Shown: positions 7,427-13,714 of the stretch, in pieces
Numbering within the stretch: the stretch's first letter is position 1
Layout of the letters: every line of letters begins with the position of its first letter
Source of the DNA: a virus
Lineage: Duplodnaviria; Heunggongvirae; Uroviricota; Caudoviricetes
DNA length: 14,869 bases
Virus record (IMG/VR): IMGVR_UViG_3300043119_000443
Direction: 5' to 3' (one strand)
Notes under the pieces: generated by a model
Seen by the model: only the letters and a program-made list of their open reading frames with translations
Database searches by the model: none
What the model was told of the DNA's origin: nothing
Position numbers and translations under genes: made by a program

Positions 7427-7620
7427 GTCAGCAGCGTGATCGTGAAGTCGAATCCCTGATCTGGAATCTTGACCACGCGCCCGGCTTCAAGGTCGGGCAA
7501 CACGCGGGTGATCTCCCCACGGGTGAACCCGTACGCCGTCAGGGCGGCGCGAACGGTGCGGCCCGCCGCGACGCGCGGCTTGGCTTCCGATGACGGTGTG
7601 CTGATTTGAACGCGTACCAT
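7423..7620 (-). CDS. Hypothetical protein, 65 aa
   Basis: TAATG coupling. Confidence 0.7.
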   Translation of the reverse strand: MVRVQISTPSSEAKPRVAAGRTVRAALTAYGFTRGEITRVLPDLEAGRVVKIPDQGFDFTITLLT

Positions 7621-7871
7621 TATATCACCTTCATGCGCAGCGCGTCGTTAGCGCGCTCGATCTCTTTCGCCGTGAACTCTTGCGCGGCGATGTACGCGCC
7701 AGCGAAGCCGCAACGCTCCAGCTCGTCCTTGCATTCGGCCCAGCGCCGCCGCGCCATCTCTTCCACGTCACGGGCCAAGCTGGCGTTTTGCAGCGCGACC
7801 GCTTGGCGCGTTGCGAGCGTCGCGGCTTCGCGCAGGAATCGGGCGTCTGCGTTTTTCTTGATCAGGTTCAT
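7620..7871 (-). CDS. Hypothetical helical protein, 83 aa
   Basis: ATGA coupling. Confidence 0.7.
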   Translation of the reverse strand: MNLIKKNADARFLREAATLATRQAVALQNASLARDVEEMARRRWAECKDELERCGFAGAYIAAQEFTAKEIERANDALRMKVI

Positions 7872-8662
7872 ATCAGTCCCTCAATGCCTTCGTCTGTCTC
7901 TTCATCATCGTATGCAATAGGCGTGCCAGCAGCGAAAGGTATGACCGGCTCGTATTCCATCCCGCCTGCATACGCTAGGGGCCGACATGACACAAGCTGA
8001 AAATTGATTGCGTCCCAGAATGGGAGGCCCTTCCCATTGCGGCCCTGCACTGGGATATACACGTCGGGCTTATTGAGTGTCCGGGGCCATGGCGTCGTTT
8101 CATGCCGCCGGGTGATCGCTATGCCTTTCTGTGACAGCCGGACGCCGGTCAGCAGATAGTCCAGCACATTGTTCGCAGCGAATAGCGCGCGGGTCGCCTC
8201 ACGTTCGGCGCGGGCATGATAGGACGATATCAGAATGTGGGGCGTCTCCCCATACGGTTGCAGTCTCATAATGGGAAGATGATGCCAGTAGATAAAAGTC
8301 GGTTGGCCGTGCTTGGCCTTAAAGCCGAGGGTCCGGTTAATGCGCGCCTGATAGTCCAGAGGCCGCAACGCGTCCACGTCTTTACCAAAGTTGCCACGTC
8401 GCGGGTCGCGCTTGGTAAATACTGACTTGGCCGTCGTCTTGGGGCCACGGGCTAGGTACTCTTTCAGGAAGTCGCCGCGCAAAGCCGGGGGCATCCCTCC
8501 CTCGACCATGCGCTCGCCGGACAAACCGGACAACGTCCAGCCGTCCCATTGCCCGTTAGGGGTGACAGCCCCCATCGTCTCGTCCACGCGGAATTTCGTG
8601 GGCCGTTGCTTGGCGCGGCTAACTATGGCCCGGTGCCGGGCTAGGGCGGTTGCGTCTATCAT
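7868..8662 (-). CDS. Hypothetical protein, 264 aa, basic N-half with acidic tail
   Basis: Long ORF coupled to the downstream gene; no family recognised. Confidence 0.75.
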   Translation of the reverse strand: MIDATALARHRAIVSRAKQRPTKFRVDETMGAVTPNGQWDGWTLSGLSGERMVEGGMPPALRGDFLKEYLARGPKTTAKSVFTKRDPRRGNFGKDVDALRPLDYQARINRTLGFKAKHGQPTFIYWHHLPIMRLQPYGETPHILISSYHARAEREATRALFAANNVLDYLLTGVRLSQKGIAITRRHETTPWPRTLNKPDVYIPVQGRNGKGLPFWDAINFQLVSCRPLAYAGGMEYEPVIPFAAGTPIAYDDEETDEGIEGLI

Positions 8663-8673
8663 CTTTCCGTACT

Positions 8674-8689
8674 AGCACGATCCGGGCCA
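8674..8689 (-). promoter_or_regulatory. sigma54-type promoter TGGCCCGGATCGTGCT (near-leaderless)
   Basis: GG-N10-GC; ATG falls at about +2. Confidence 0.45.
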
Positions 8690-8699
8690 CGGGGACAAG

Positions 8700-9612
8700 A
8701 GGGTAGGGGGCCGTCACCCTCACAACTGGGGGCGGTCACCCCGTCTTAACGAGTTGGGCGGCGTTTAGGTTAATTGGCGTGGAGCACTAACTTACCGTAT
8801 CCCCCCTAATCGCTCCGTGGCGGCGGGGCTCCCGATTAGGGTTACTGTCCCCGTATAAGTTAGGGTATCCATCCCCTAATTAGCATATTAGGGTTTATAA
8901 TAGGGTGCCAATCCCCTAATCACGATAATGTGATATCCTAATATTTTCTCAGCACTTTAAGATGAGGAGAAGGTTAATAGGTAGTGATTGTCAAAAAAGC
9001 CCATAAATAAAGGATAAAAAGCCCCTTTTTCAACCTCGCATTGGCCGTGGTAGGGTGGAAGGTTAATGGCGCGTCGGCTGTTAAGCTTAAGGCCGAGGGG
9101 GACTTGCTCTAATTAGGCTTAACGTCGTATAACTTAAAATTAACCCTAACAGCCCGTATAACCTCATTTATAATAGCTATAATTAACCTTAACGGGCTAT
9201 AAATTAAGGTTAATTTAGCCTATTAGGGTTAATTTTCGACGAGGCCACGGGGGACTTCAAGGCTGTTAAGGTTAACAGCTCTTGTTTTTCATGGTAACCT
9301 TAACACATATTCGGCGATTAGCACAAAATTAACCTTAACAGGCTATTAAGGTTAATGGCGTTAAGGTTAATGCAGGCCGAGGGGGACTTCAAGGCCACAG
9401 GGGACTTCAAGGTTAACAGGCCAGAGGGGACTTCAAGGTTAATTAGTAGTAAATCCGAGGCGGCGGCTGTCATTAATGGGCCGTTAACCTTAACGCGTTA
9501 ACCTTAACAGGGCGGTAAGGTTAACAGGCTGTTAAGGTTAATGGCGTGTTAAGGTTAATGGGCATTAACTATAAACGGCTGTTAAGGTTAACCGGCGGCG
9601 GCGCGTTAACCA
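8700..9612. repeat. Non-coding AT-rich array of TTAA(GG/CC)TTAA units with GGGGACTTCAAGG and ATCCCCTAAT repeats
   Basis: About 900 bp with no ORF; chains such as GGTTAA-caggctg-TTAAGGTTAA-tggcgtg-TTAAGGTTAA (9519-9558). Confidence 0.9.
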
Positions 9613-9625
9613 TGGTCACGGCAGG

Positions 9626-9757
9626 TTAGACATCCCCCTTGTCGTGGGGGATGTCGAAGATGACCGGGGAGTAATTCCGCCAGACCATGCCGAGGTGATG
9701 CGGGCAGCGGATCAGGCAGATAAAGAGGGCGTAGGACTTCCAAAGGATGCGGTGCAT
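9626..9757 (-). CDS. Small hypothetical protein, 43 aa
   Basis: SD ACGGAG, own promoter upstream. Confidence 0.6.
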   Translation of the reverse strand: MHRILWKSYALFICLIRCPHHLGMVWRNYSPVIFDIPHDKGDV

Positions 9758-9783
9758 GGTCGATCTCCGTTTCTGATGACGCA

Positions 9784-9830
9784 TGTATGCCATAGACCCG
9801 GACGTTATGCAATAGCTATTTTGCATTATT
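9784..9830 (-). promoter_or_regulatory. sigma70-type promoter (TTGCAT 9812-9807), truncated copy of the cassette left arm
   Basis: TATGCAATAGCTATTTTGCATTATT identical to 10756-10780. Confidence 0.6.
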
Positions 9831-9832
9831 CC

Positions 9833-9873
9833 AAAAAAAATTGCTCGCCCCGCGCATCATGGCGGGGCGAGCA
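9833..9873 (-). terminator. Rho-independent terminator
   Basis: 12-bp stem TGCTCGCCCCGC/GCGGGGCGAGCA followed by an A and T8 on the minus strand. Confidence 0.85.
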
Positions 9874-9900
9874 GTTTACCTGTAGACAACGGAGAGAAAC

Positions 9901-10140
9901 CTACAGGCTAGTAAGAAGCGCCACAATCCAGAATATCAGGCCCATGGGCGCGCATACGTACAGCCATGCCTTGCGCGCTGCTAGGCCTATCAGCCACCCT
10001 AGATCAGCGATCCAGCGGGGCAGGGCATGGTCTGGCGTCCAGCCGGTCCGCTCGCATTCGAAAGGCTTGGAAGGCGCTTGCGCGCCTTCCGTGTATACCC
10101 CTTCGACAATTGGCCGCTGGCGTGTTCCAAAGGCGCTCAA
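9901..10140 (-). CDS. Small membrane protein, 79 aa
   Basis: TTG start overlapping the upstream TGA, GGAGG 7 nt upstream; hydrophobic C-terminus. Confidence 0.65.
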   Translation of the reverse strand: MSAFGTRQRPIVEGVYTEGAQAPSKPFECERTGWTPDHALPRWIADLGWLIGLAARKAWLYVCAPMGLIFWIVALLTSL

Positions 10141-10370
10141 GTCAATCCCTCCACCCATTGCCACAGGTCAGGCTTGTTCATGCAAGATCGCTGCCCGCGA
10201 TCGTGGCGCACGTGGACGGAAGCGCCGACGGGATAGGCGCGAAGCACGTCCGCCGCTGCTTTGGCGTCGCTGCCGGTATACATGGCCGCGACAGGCTCGA
10301 TGGACATCGCCACGACTCCCCGGCTATCCGGGGAGGTGCAGCGGATTTGGTTCGCTGATACCGTGATCAT
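10137..10370 (-). CDS. Hypothetical protein, 77 aa
   Basis: SD AAGGAGG. Confidence 0.75.
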   Translation of the reverse strand: MITVSANQIRCTSPDSRGVVAMSIEPVAAMYTGSDAKAAADVLRAYPVGASVHVRHDRGQRSCMNKPDLWQWVEGLT

Positions 10371-10373
10371 GGT

Positions 10374-10640
10374 CTAGGCCTCCTTCAGAAAGTAATACAT
10401 TGCCAGAGTGCAGCCGAGTCGCGGCGCTTCCGGGCAGATAAGCGCAACCTGATGGGCGTGAGCAAAATAGTGCTCTTCCTCTTCGTCCATATGCGCGGGC
10501 GCTCCGGCGTCGATGCGAGCGATGAAGGCATCCGCTGCGGCGATATCTGCGTCAGACAGGCCTTCCGGGTCATCGTTGAAGAAATAGCAGGCCCAATGCG
10601 CGGGGGCGGTGGCGTCGATATTGATCAGGTCGCGGCTCAT
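10374..10640 (-). CDS. Acidic hypothetical protein, 88 aa (WACYFFNDDPEGLSDAD motif)
   Basis: SD ACGGAG, ATG 10640. Confidence 0.8.
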   Translation of the reverse strand: MSRDLINIDATAPAHWACYFFNDDPEGLSDADIAAADAFIARIDAGAPAHMDEEEEHYFAHAHQVALICPEAPRLGCTLAMYYFLKEA

Positions 10641-10664
10641 GATTCTGTCTCCGTTTTTTTTTGG

Positions 10665-10727
10665 TCGAGAGAGGGAAACCGCCGGGGCTTCGGGGGGTAG
10701 GAAGCTTGTCCCGTTTCCCTCTCTCGA
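10665..10727. repeat. 15-bp perfect inverted repeat forming a 5'-UTR hairpin
   Basis: TCGAGAGAGGGAAAC (10665-10679) / GTTTCCCTCTCTCGA (10713-10727). Confidence 0.85.
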
Positions 10728-10777
10728 TACGCAAGACATAGCACGACTGGCGGAGTATGCAATAGCTATTTTGCATT

Positions 10778-10793
10778 ATTACAAATTTGTAAT
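10778..10793. promoter_or_regulatory. Palindromic operator ATTACAAATTTGTAAT (copy 1)
   Basis: Perfect 16-bp palindrome between divergent -35 boxes. Confidence 0.8.
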
Positions 10794-10808
10794 GTTGCAT
10801 TTTTCTTC

Positions 10809-10837
10809 TTGACAGGCTCGGATTTTTGTGATATAAT
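10809..10837 (+). promoter_or_regulatory. Consensus sigma70 promoter TTGACA-N17-TATAAT, antisense to the genes
   Basis: Exact consensus. Confidence 0.85.
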
Positions 10838-10911
10838 GGATTGACGACCTATTTTTGCCCGTTAACGAGTTGTTAACCTTAATAGGCTGTTAAGGTTAAC
10901 GCCGCGCCACG

Positions 10912-10947
10912 AAAAATTAACCATGCCAGTGCGAAACTGGCATGGTT
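10912..10947 (-). terminator. Terminator hairpin AACCATGCCAG/CTGGCATGGTT + AATTTTT
   Basis: Directly after the stop at 10955. Confidence 0.7.
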
Positions 10948-10953
10948 CTTGCA
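10938..10953 (+). promoter_or_regulatory. sigma54-type motif TGGCATGGTTCTTGCA
   Basis: Consensus match in the hairpin arm. Confidence 0.55.
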
Positions 10954-10954
10954 T

Positions 10955-11113
10955 TCATAGCAGTCGGCGTTTTCGCTTGTCCTTAACCCAGCCTCGCATG
11001 GGTTGCGGCGCTTTTACAGCTTTCATTAACCCTGCCAATGGGTTGCGCTTTCGTCGGCGTTTTACGAACAATTTCACGGAAGTTTGGGGAGGCTTTCGCC
11101 TCCCCTCACTCAC
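10955..11113 (-). CDS. Possible very basic 52-aa protein (..KRRRKRNPLAG..KRKRRLL)
   Basis: GTG overlapping the upstream TAG; stop abuts the cassette A terminator. Confidence 0.45.
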   Translation of the reverse strand: MSEGRRKPPQTSVKLFVKRRRKRNPLAGLMKAVKAPQPMRGWVKDKRKRRLL

Positions 11114-11379
11114 TAGGCCGTGATCGAATTCCCTTCGTGCTTGCCTGCCGCGATCTCTGCGGCGGTCTGGTCCGCCAGCGCCTTCAGGGCGTCCGCAGCG
11201 CCGACATAGTCGCGCGCCTTGAACTTCTTCCCAGTGAGCGCCGCAGCCGTGTCCATCATGGCTTTCGGGGTGTATGCACGGTTGACCTTCATCCCGGTTT
11301 TTGCGTAGAGGCGCAGCGCCGAGGCGATGGCGACACACTGGTAAACCGAGACTGCGGTAGAGCCTGAAAACATGGTCAT
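11113..11379 (-). CDS. Phage hypothetical protein, 88 aa (ALRLYAKTGMKVNRAYTP motif)
   Basis: SD ACGGAG, promoter from cassette B. Confidence 0.85.
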   Translation of the reverse strand: MTMFSGSTAVSVYQCVAIASALRLYAKTGMKVNRAYTPKAMMDTAAALTGKKFKARDYVGAADALKALADQTAAEIAAGKHEGNSITA

Positions 11380-11431
11380 TGGTCGTTCTCCGTTCGTTGT
11401 TGATGCACTAGAGATAGCACATCCATCGGCA

Positions 11432-11630
11432 TATGCAATAACTATTTTGCATTATTACAAATTTGTAATGTTGCATTTTTCCTATTGACCCGGTCCGGCT
11501 TTTATGGTATGATGGAATGACGACCTATTTTTTCGCGTTAACGACTTATTAACCTTAATGGCGTGTTAAGGTTAACGCCGCGAGGCTAAAAATTAACCGT
11601 GCCTCCCTTTCGGGTGGCACGGTTCTTGCA
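11432..11630. repeat. ~200-bp cassette, copy B
   Basis: Operator 11454-11469; TTGACC-17-TATGAT 11485-11513; TTAA cluster 11538-11576; hairpin 11595-11624; TGGCACGGTTCTTGCA 11615-11630. Confidence 0.92.
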
Positions 11631-11870
11631 TTACCCCTGCGGGTTCGGCTTGTACTCGCCGACCGGACCACTGTAGAGCAGTTGGAGCACTCCCGCGCCA
11701 TTGTGGCGCGTCAGGTACACGCTGCACATATCGACGCCGTTTGCCTCATACAGCCGCACCTCGACAGCGCCTTGCCATGACGCGGCGCGCGTCGTGAGGC
11801 CCGAGGATTTATGGCCGAGGCGGGAAGCTTCCGTGCGTCCGCCCTGAACCGTTCCGCGAAAGTGAGCCAT
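11631..11870 (-). CDS. Phage hypothetical protein, 79 aa (MAHFRGTVQG motif)
   Basis: SD ACGGAG; stop abuts cassette B. Confidence 0.85.
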   Translation of the reverse strand: MAHFRGTVQGGRTEASRLGHKSSGLTTRAASWQGAVEVRLYEANGVDMCSVYLTRHNGAGVLQLLYSGPVGEYKPNPQG

Positions 11871-11918
11871 TTTCTATTCTCCGTTTTCCGGGGGCGTTCA
11901 TCGCCTCCCATGCGTGTA

Positions 11919-11987
11919 GGTATCGCATATCCGGCCAATGCAGTCAACAGAATAATGCACACATTACAAATTTGTAATGTGTGCATT
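11919..11987 (-). promoter_or_regulatory. sigma70-type promoter TTGACT-17-GATACC with a 34-bp perfect palindromic operator (11954-11987)
   Basis: AATGCACACATTACAAATTTGTAATGTGTGCATT. Confidence 0.75.
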
Positions 11988-11997
11988 TTCCGCTTGA

Positions 11998-12258
11998 CTA
12001 ATAGTCGGCGATCTTGTCCGCCTCGCGTTCGAGAAAAATCATCTGCACAGGCGTCAAGCGGTGGTCGCCTTGGCCGCTTCCGTTGTCGTCCAGAATGCCC
12101 ATCATAAGCGCCACGGTGAGGCTAGACGAGTGTTTCCCGTTCGGGTCGGAGAAGCATACGAACCAGCGATTCCCGTCCTCCGGACCCATGTCCGTGCATT
12201 CGAAAATCACGAGCGAGTGACCCTTCGCGATCACTTTGTCATTGCGTCCCAGTTTCAT
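11998..12258 (-). CDS. Hypothetical protein, 86 aa
   Basis: SD GGAG, TAAT-ATG coupling. Confidence 0.8.
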   Translation of the reverse strand: MKLGRNDKVIAKGHSLVIFECTDMGPEDGNRWFVCFSDPNGKHSSSLTVALMMGILDDNGSGQGDHRLTPVQMIFLEREADKIADY

Positions 12259-12259
12259 A

Positions 12260-12358
12260 TTAACGGCTCCATTTTTTGTGGAAGCGAACCGCGCAAATGC
12301 GGTTGCTGAGTTCTTCCGAAGGGAAGAAGAAAAAGACGATTTTCAGAACCGTTTCCAT
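12260..12358 (-). CDS. Small protein, 32 aa (METVLKIVFFFFPSEELSNRICAVRFHKKWSR)
   Basis: SD ACGGAG and cassette C promoter; below the ORF-track cutoff. Confidence 0.6.
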   Translation of the reverse strand: METVLKIVFFFFPSEELSNRICAVRFHKKWSR

Positions 12359-12405
12359 TTGGTCGCTCCGTTGTTGATGACCCTTTATCGCATAGGTTGG
12401 CCGCA

Positions 12406-12614
12406 TATGCAATAGGATAATTGCATTATTACAAATTTGTAATGTTGCATTTTTCCTCTTGACCCAACCGGATTTATCTGGTAAAATGGATTGACGACCT
12501 ATTTTTCCGCGTTAATGAGTTGTTAACCTTAACAGAATGTGGCGCGCTGTTAAGGTTAACAAATCGAGGCGAAAAATTAACCATGCCAACCGCGGGGCTG
12601 GCATGGTTCTTGCT
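12406..12614. repeat. ~200-bp cassette, copy C
   Basis: Operator 12428-12443; TTGACC-17-TAAAAT 12459-12487; TTAA cluster 12512-12560 (N17 spacer); hairpin 12579-12608; TGGCATGGTTCTTGCT 12599-12614. Confidence 0.92.
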
Positions 12615-12928
12615 TAGGCGTCCACGGGCTCGGGATCGTCCGGCGATTCGAAGAATTCGCCAAGCTCAACAAATAGGACCGTGCAGCCCTGATCATATCT
12701 GATCATGTCGCCATAGTCCGAACGGCTTGAACGCTCGCCAGTGAGTCCAGCTTCGCGCCTAGCAGCCTTGGCGACACGCGCGCGACGCTTGCGCCATGCT
12801 TCGGGCGAATACTGATCGCCATCGCTCCGGCGATGTTCGCAGCGGATAATGCCGCGACGAACCCAGCAATAATTCGCCTCGCCTCCAAAGGTGTCAGTGA
12901 ATTCCCAGCGGTAAAGATGTTCGGCCAT
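12614..12928 (-). CDS. Phage hypothetical protein, 104 aa (EFTDTFGGEANYCWV motif)
   Basis: SD GAGGA, ATG 12928; stop abuts cassette C. Confidence 0.85.
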   Translation of the reverse strand: MAEHLYRWEFTDTFGGEANYCWVRRGIIRCEHRRSDGDQYSPEAWRKRRARVAKAARREAGLTGERSSRSDYGDMIRYDQGCTVLFVELGEFFESPDDPEPVDA

Positions 12929-12930
12929 TG

Positions 12931-13095
12931 TCAATCCTCAAAAAGCAATTCTGCGAATTCGTCGCGCGGCTGTTTGGACGCTTTCTCTTCGTCGCGAATC
13001 TCTTGACAGTATTTCTCGACGATTTTCAACTGACGAAGAATCTCGTCCATCGTCGGCTTTCGGCCATGAAGATAAAGGCTGTTTTCGGGGGCCAT
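12931..13095 (-). CDS. Small charged protein, 54 aa (MAPENSLYLHGRKPTMDEILRQLK...LLFED)
   Basis: TAATG coupling; fills the gap exactly. Confidence 0.6.
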   Translation of the reverse strand: MAPENSLYLHGRKPTMDEILRQLKIVEKYCQEIRDEEKASKQPRDEFAELLFED

Positions 13096-13277
13096 TAGAA
13101 GGTCACCACGACGGTCAGGACAGCGACGGCGACGAAGAGCGCCACGGCGATGAAAGCGAAGTGATCGCGCTTCACGACGGCTTTAGGAGCCGTTTCGAGC
13201 GTGATGGGCGTGCGGCGCTCAACTCCGGCCCATTCGGCGCGGATTTGTTCGTCTGTCTGGCGGTAGTTGATTTGCAT
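13095..13277 (-). CDS. Small protein with C-terminal transmembrane anchor, 60 aa
   Basis: SD ACGGAG; FAFIAVALFVAVAVLTVVVTF tail. Confidence 0.75.
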   Translation of the reverse strand: MQINYRQTDEQIRAEWAGVERRTPITLETAPKAVVKRDHFAFIAVALFVAVAVLTVVVTF

Positions 13278-13287
13278 TTGCGTGCTC

Positions 13288-13429
13288 CGTTGTTGATGCA
13301 CTAGAGATAGCACATCCATCGGCATATGCAATAGCCTTTTTTGCATTTTTCTGCGTTTCGAACATTACAAATTTGTAATGTAGAAAAGTGCATTATGCGC
13401 TTGCGTTTCTAGAATAGGTGTGGCATTGT
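13288..13429. promoter_or_regulatory. Divergent sigma70-type promoters (left TTGCAT 13331-13326; right TTGCGT-17-CATTGT 13401-13429) flanking a 20-bp palindromic operator (13362-13381)
   Basis: ACATTACAAATTTGTAATGT; 13288-13333 is identical to 11395-11440. Confidence 0.75.
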
Positions 13430-13456
13430 CTTTTTAACAGCAACGGAGAACTGCAA

Positions 13457-13699
13457 ATGACCTCGCTCTGGACCAAATATAACGACGCCACTCAGCCCGG
13501 CCCTTCGGCCACTAAGGAAGCGATTGCCGAGGTTGCCGCGGCGCTGAACTACGCGGGCAAGGAACCGCCGCTCTATGTCATGAAGCGCGCCCAACGCCTC
13601 GCCCAGATGAAGGGCCAGTCGATCCGGGAGTCAAATTTCCGCTACTGGTTCGATCAAGCGGTTAACAACTTAGCGGCCCAATTCGGGGTCGCTAAGTAA
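13457..13699 (+). CDS. Hypothetical helical protein, 80 aa, divergently transcribed
   Basis: SD ACGGAG, ATG 13457, followed by a terminator. Confidence 0.8.
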   Translation: MTSLWTKYNDATQPGPSATKEAIAEVAAALNYAGKEPPLYVMKRAQRLAQMKGQSIRESNFRYWFDQAVNNLAAQFGVAK

Positions 13700-13714
13700 G
13701 ACCCTGTTAAGGCT

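Larger units (their letters stand above)
10756..10954. repeat. ~200-bp bidirectional regulatory cassette, copy A
   Basis: Leftward TTGCAT promoter, operator, rightward TTGACA-17-TATAAT, TTAA cluster, terminator hairpin, sigma54 motif. Confidence 0.92.

Noticed and set aside
8700-9612. CRISPR array
   Set aside because: Units are short, degenerate and irregularly spaced, with no constant 25-45 bp repeat and unique spacers; no cas genes
9777-9792. sigma54 motif TGGCATACATGCGTCA
   Set aside because: Lacks the -12 GC; better explained as the -10 region of the TTGCAT promoter
9644-10366. Plus-strand 240-aa ORF
   Set aside because: Crosses a terminator and three minus-strand genes; implausible composition
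11086-11105. GGGGAGGC-GAAA-GCCTCCCC hairpin as a terminator
   Set aside because: No U-tract on either strand; may be a processing or stability hairpin
10955-11338. Full 127-aa ORF
   Set aside because: Its N-terminal part overlaps the well-supported 11113-11379 gene out of frame; only the distal 52 codons are kept
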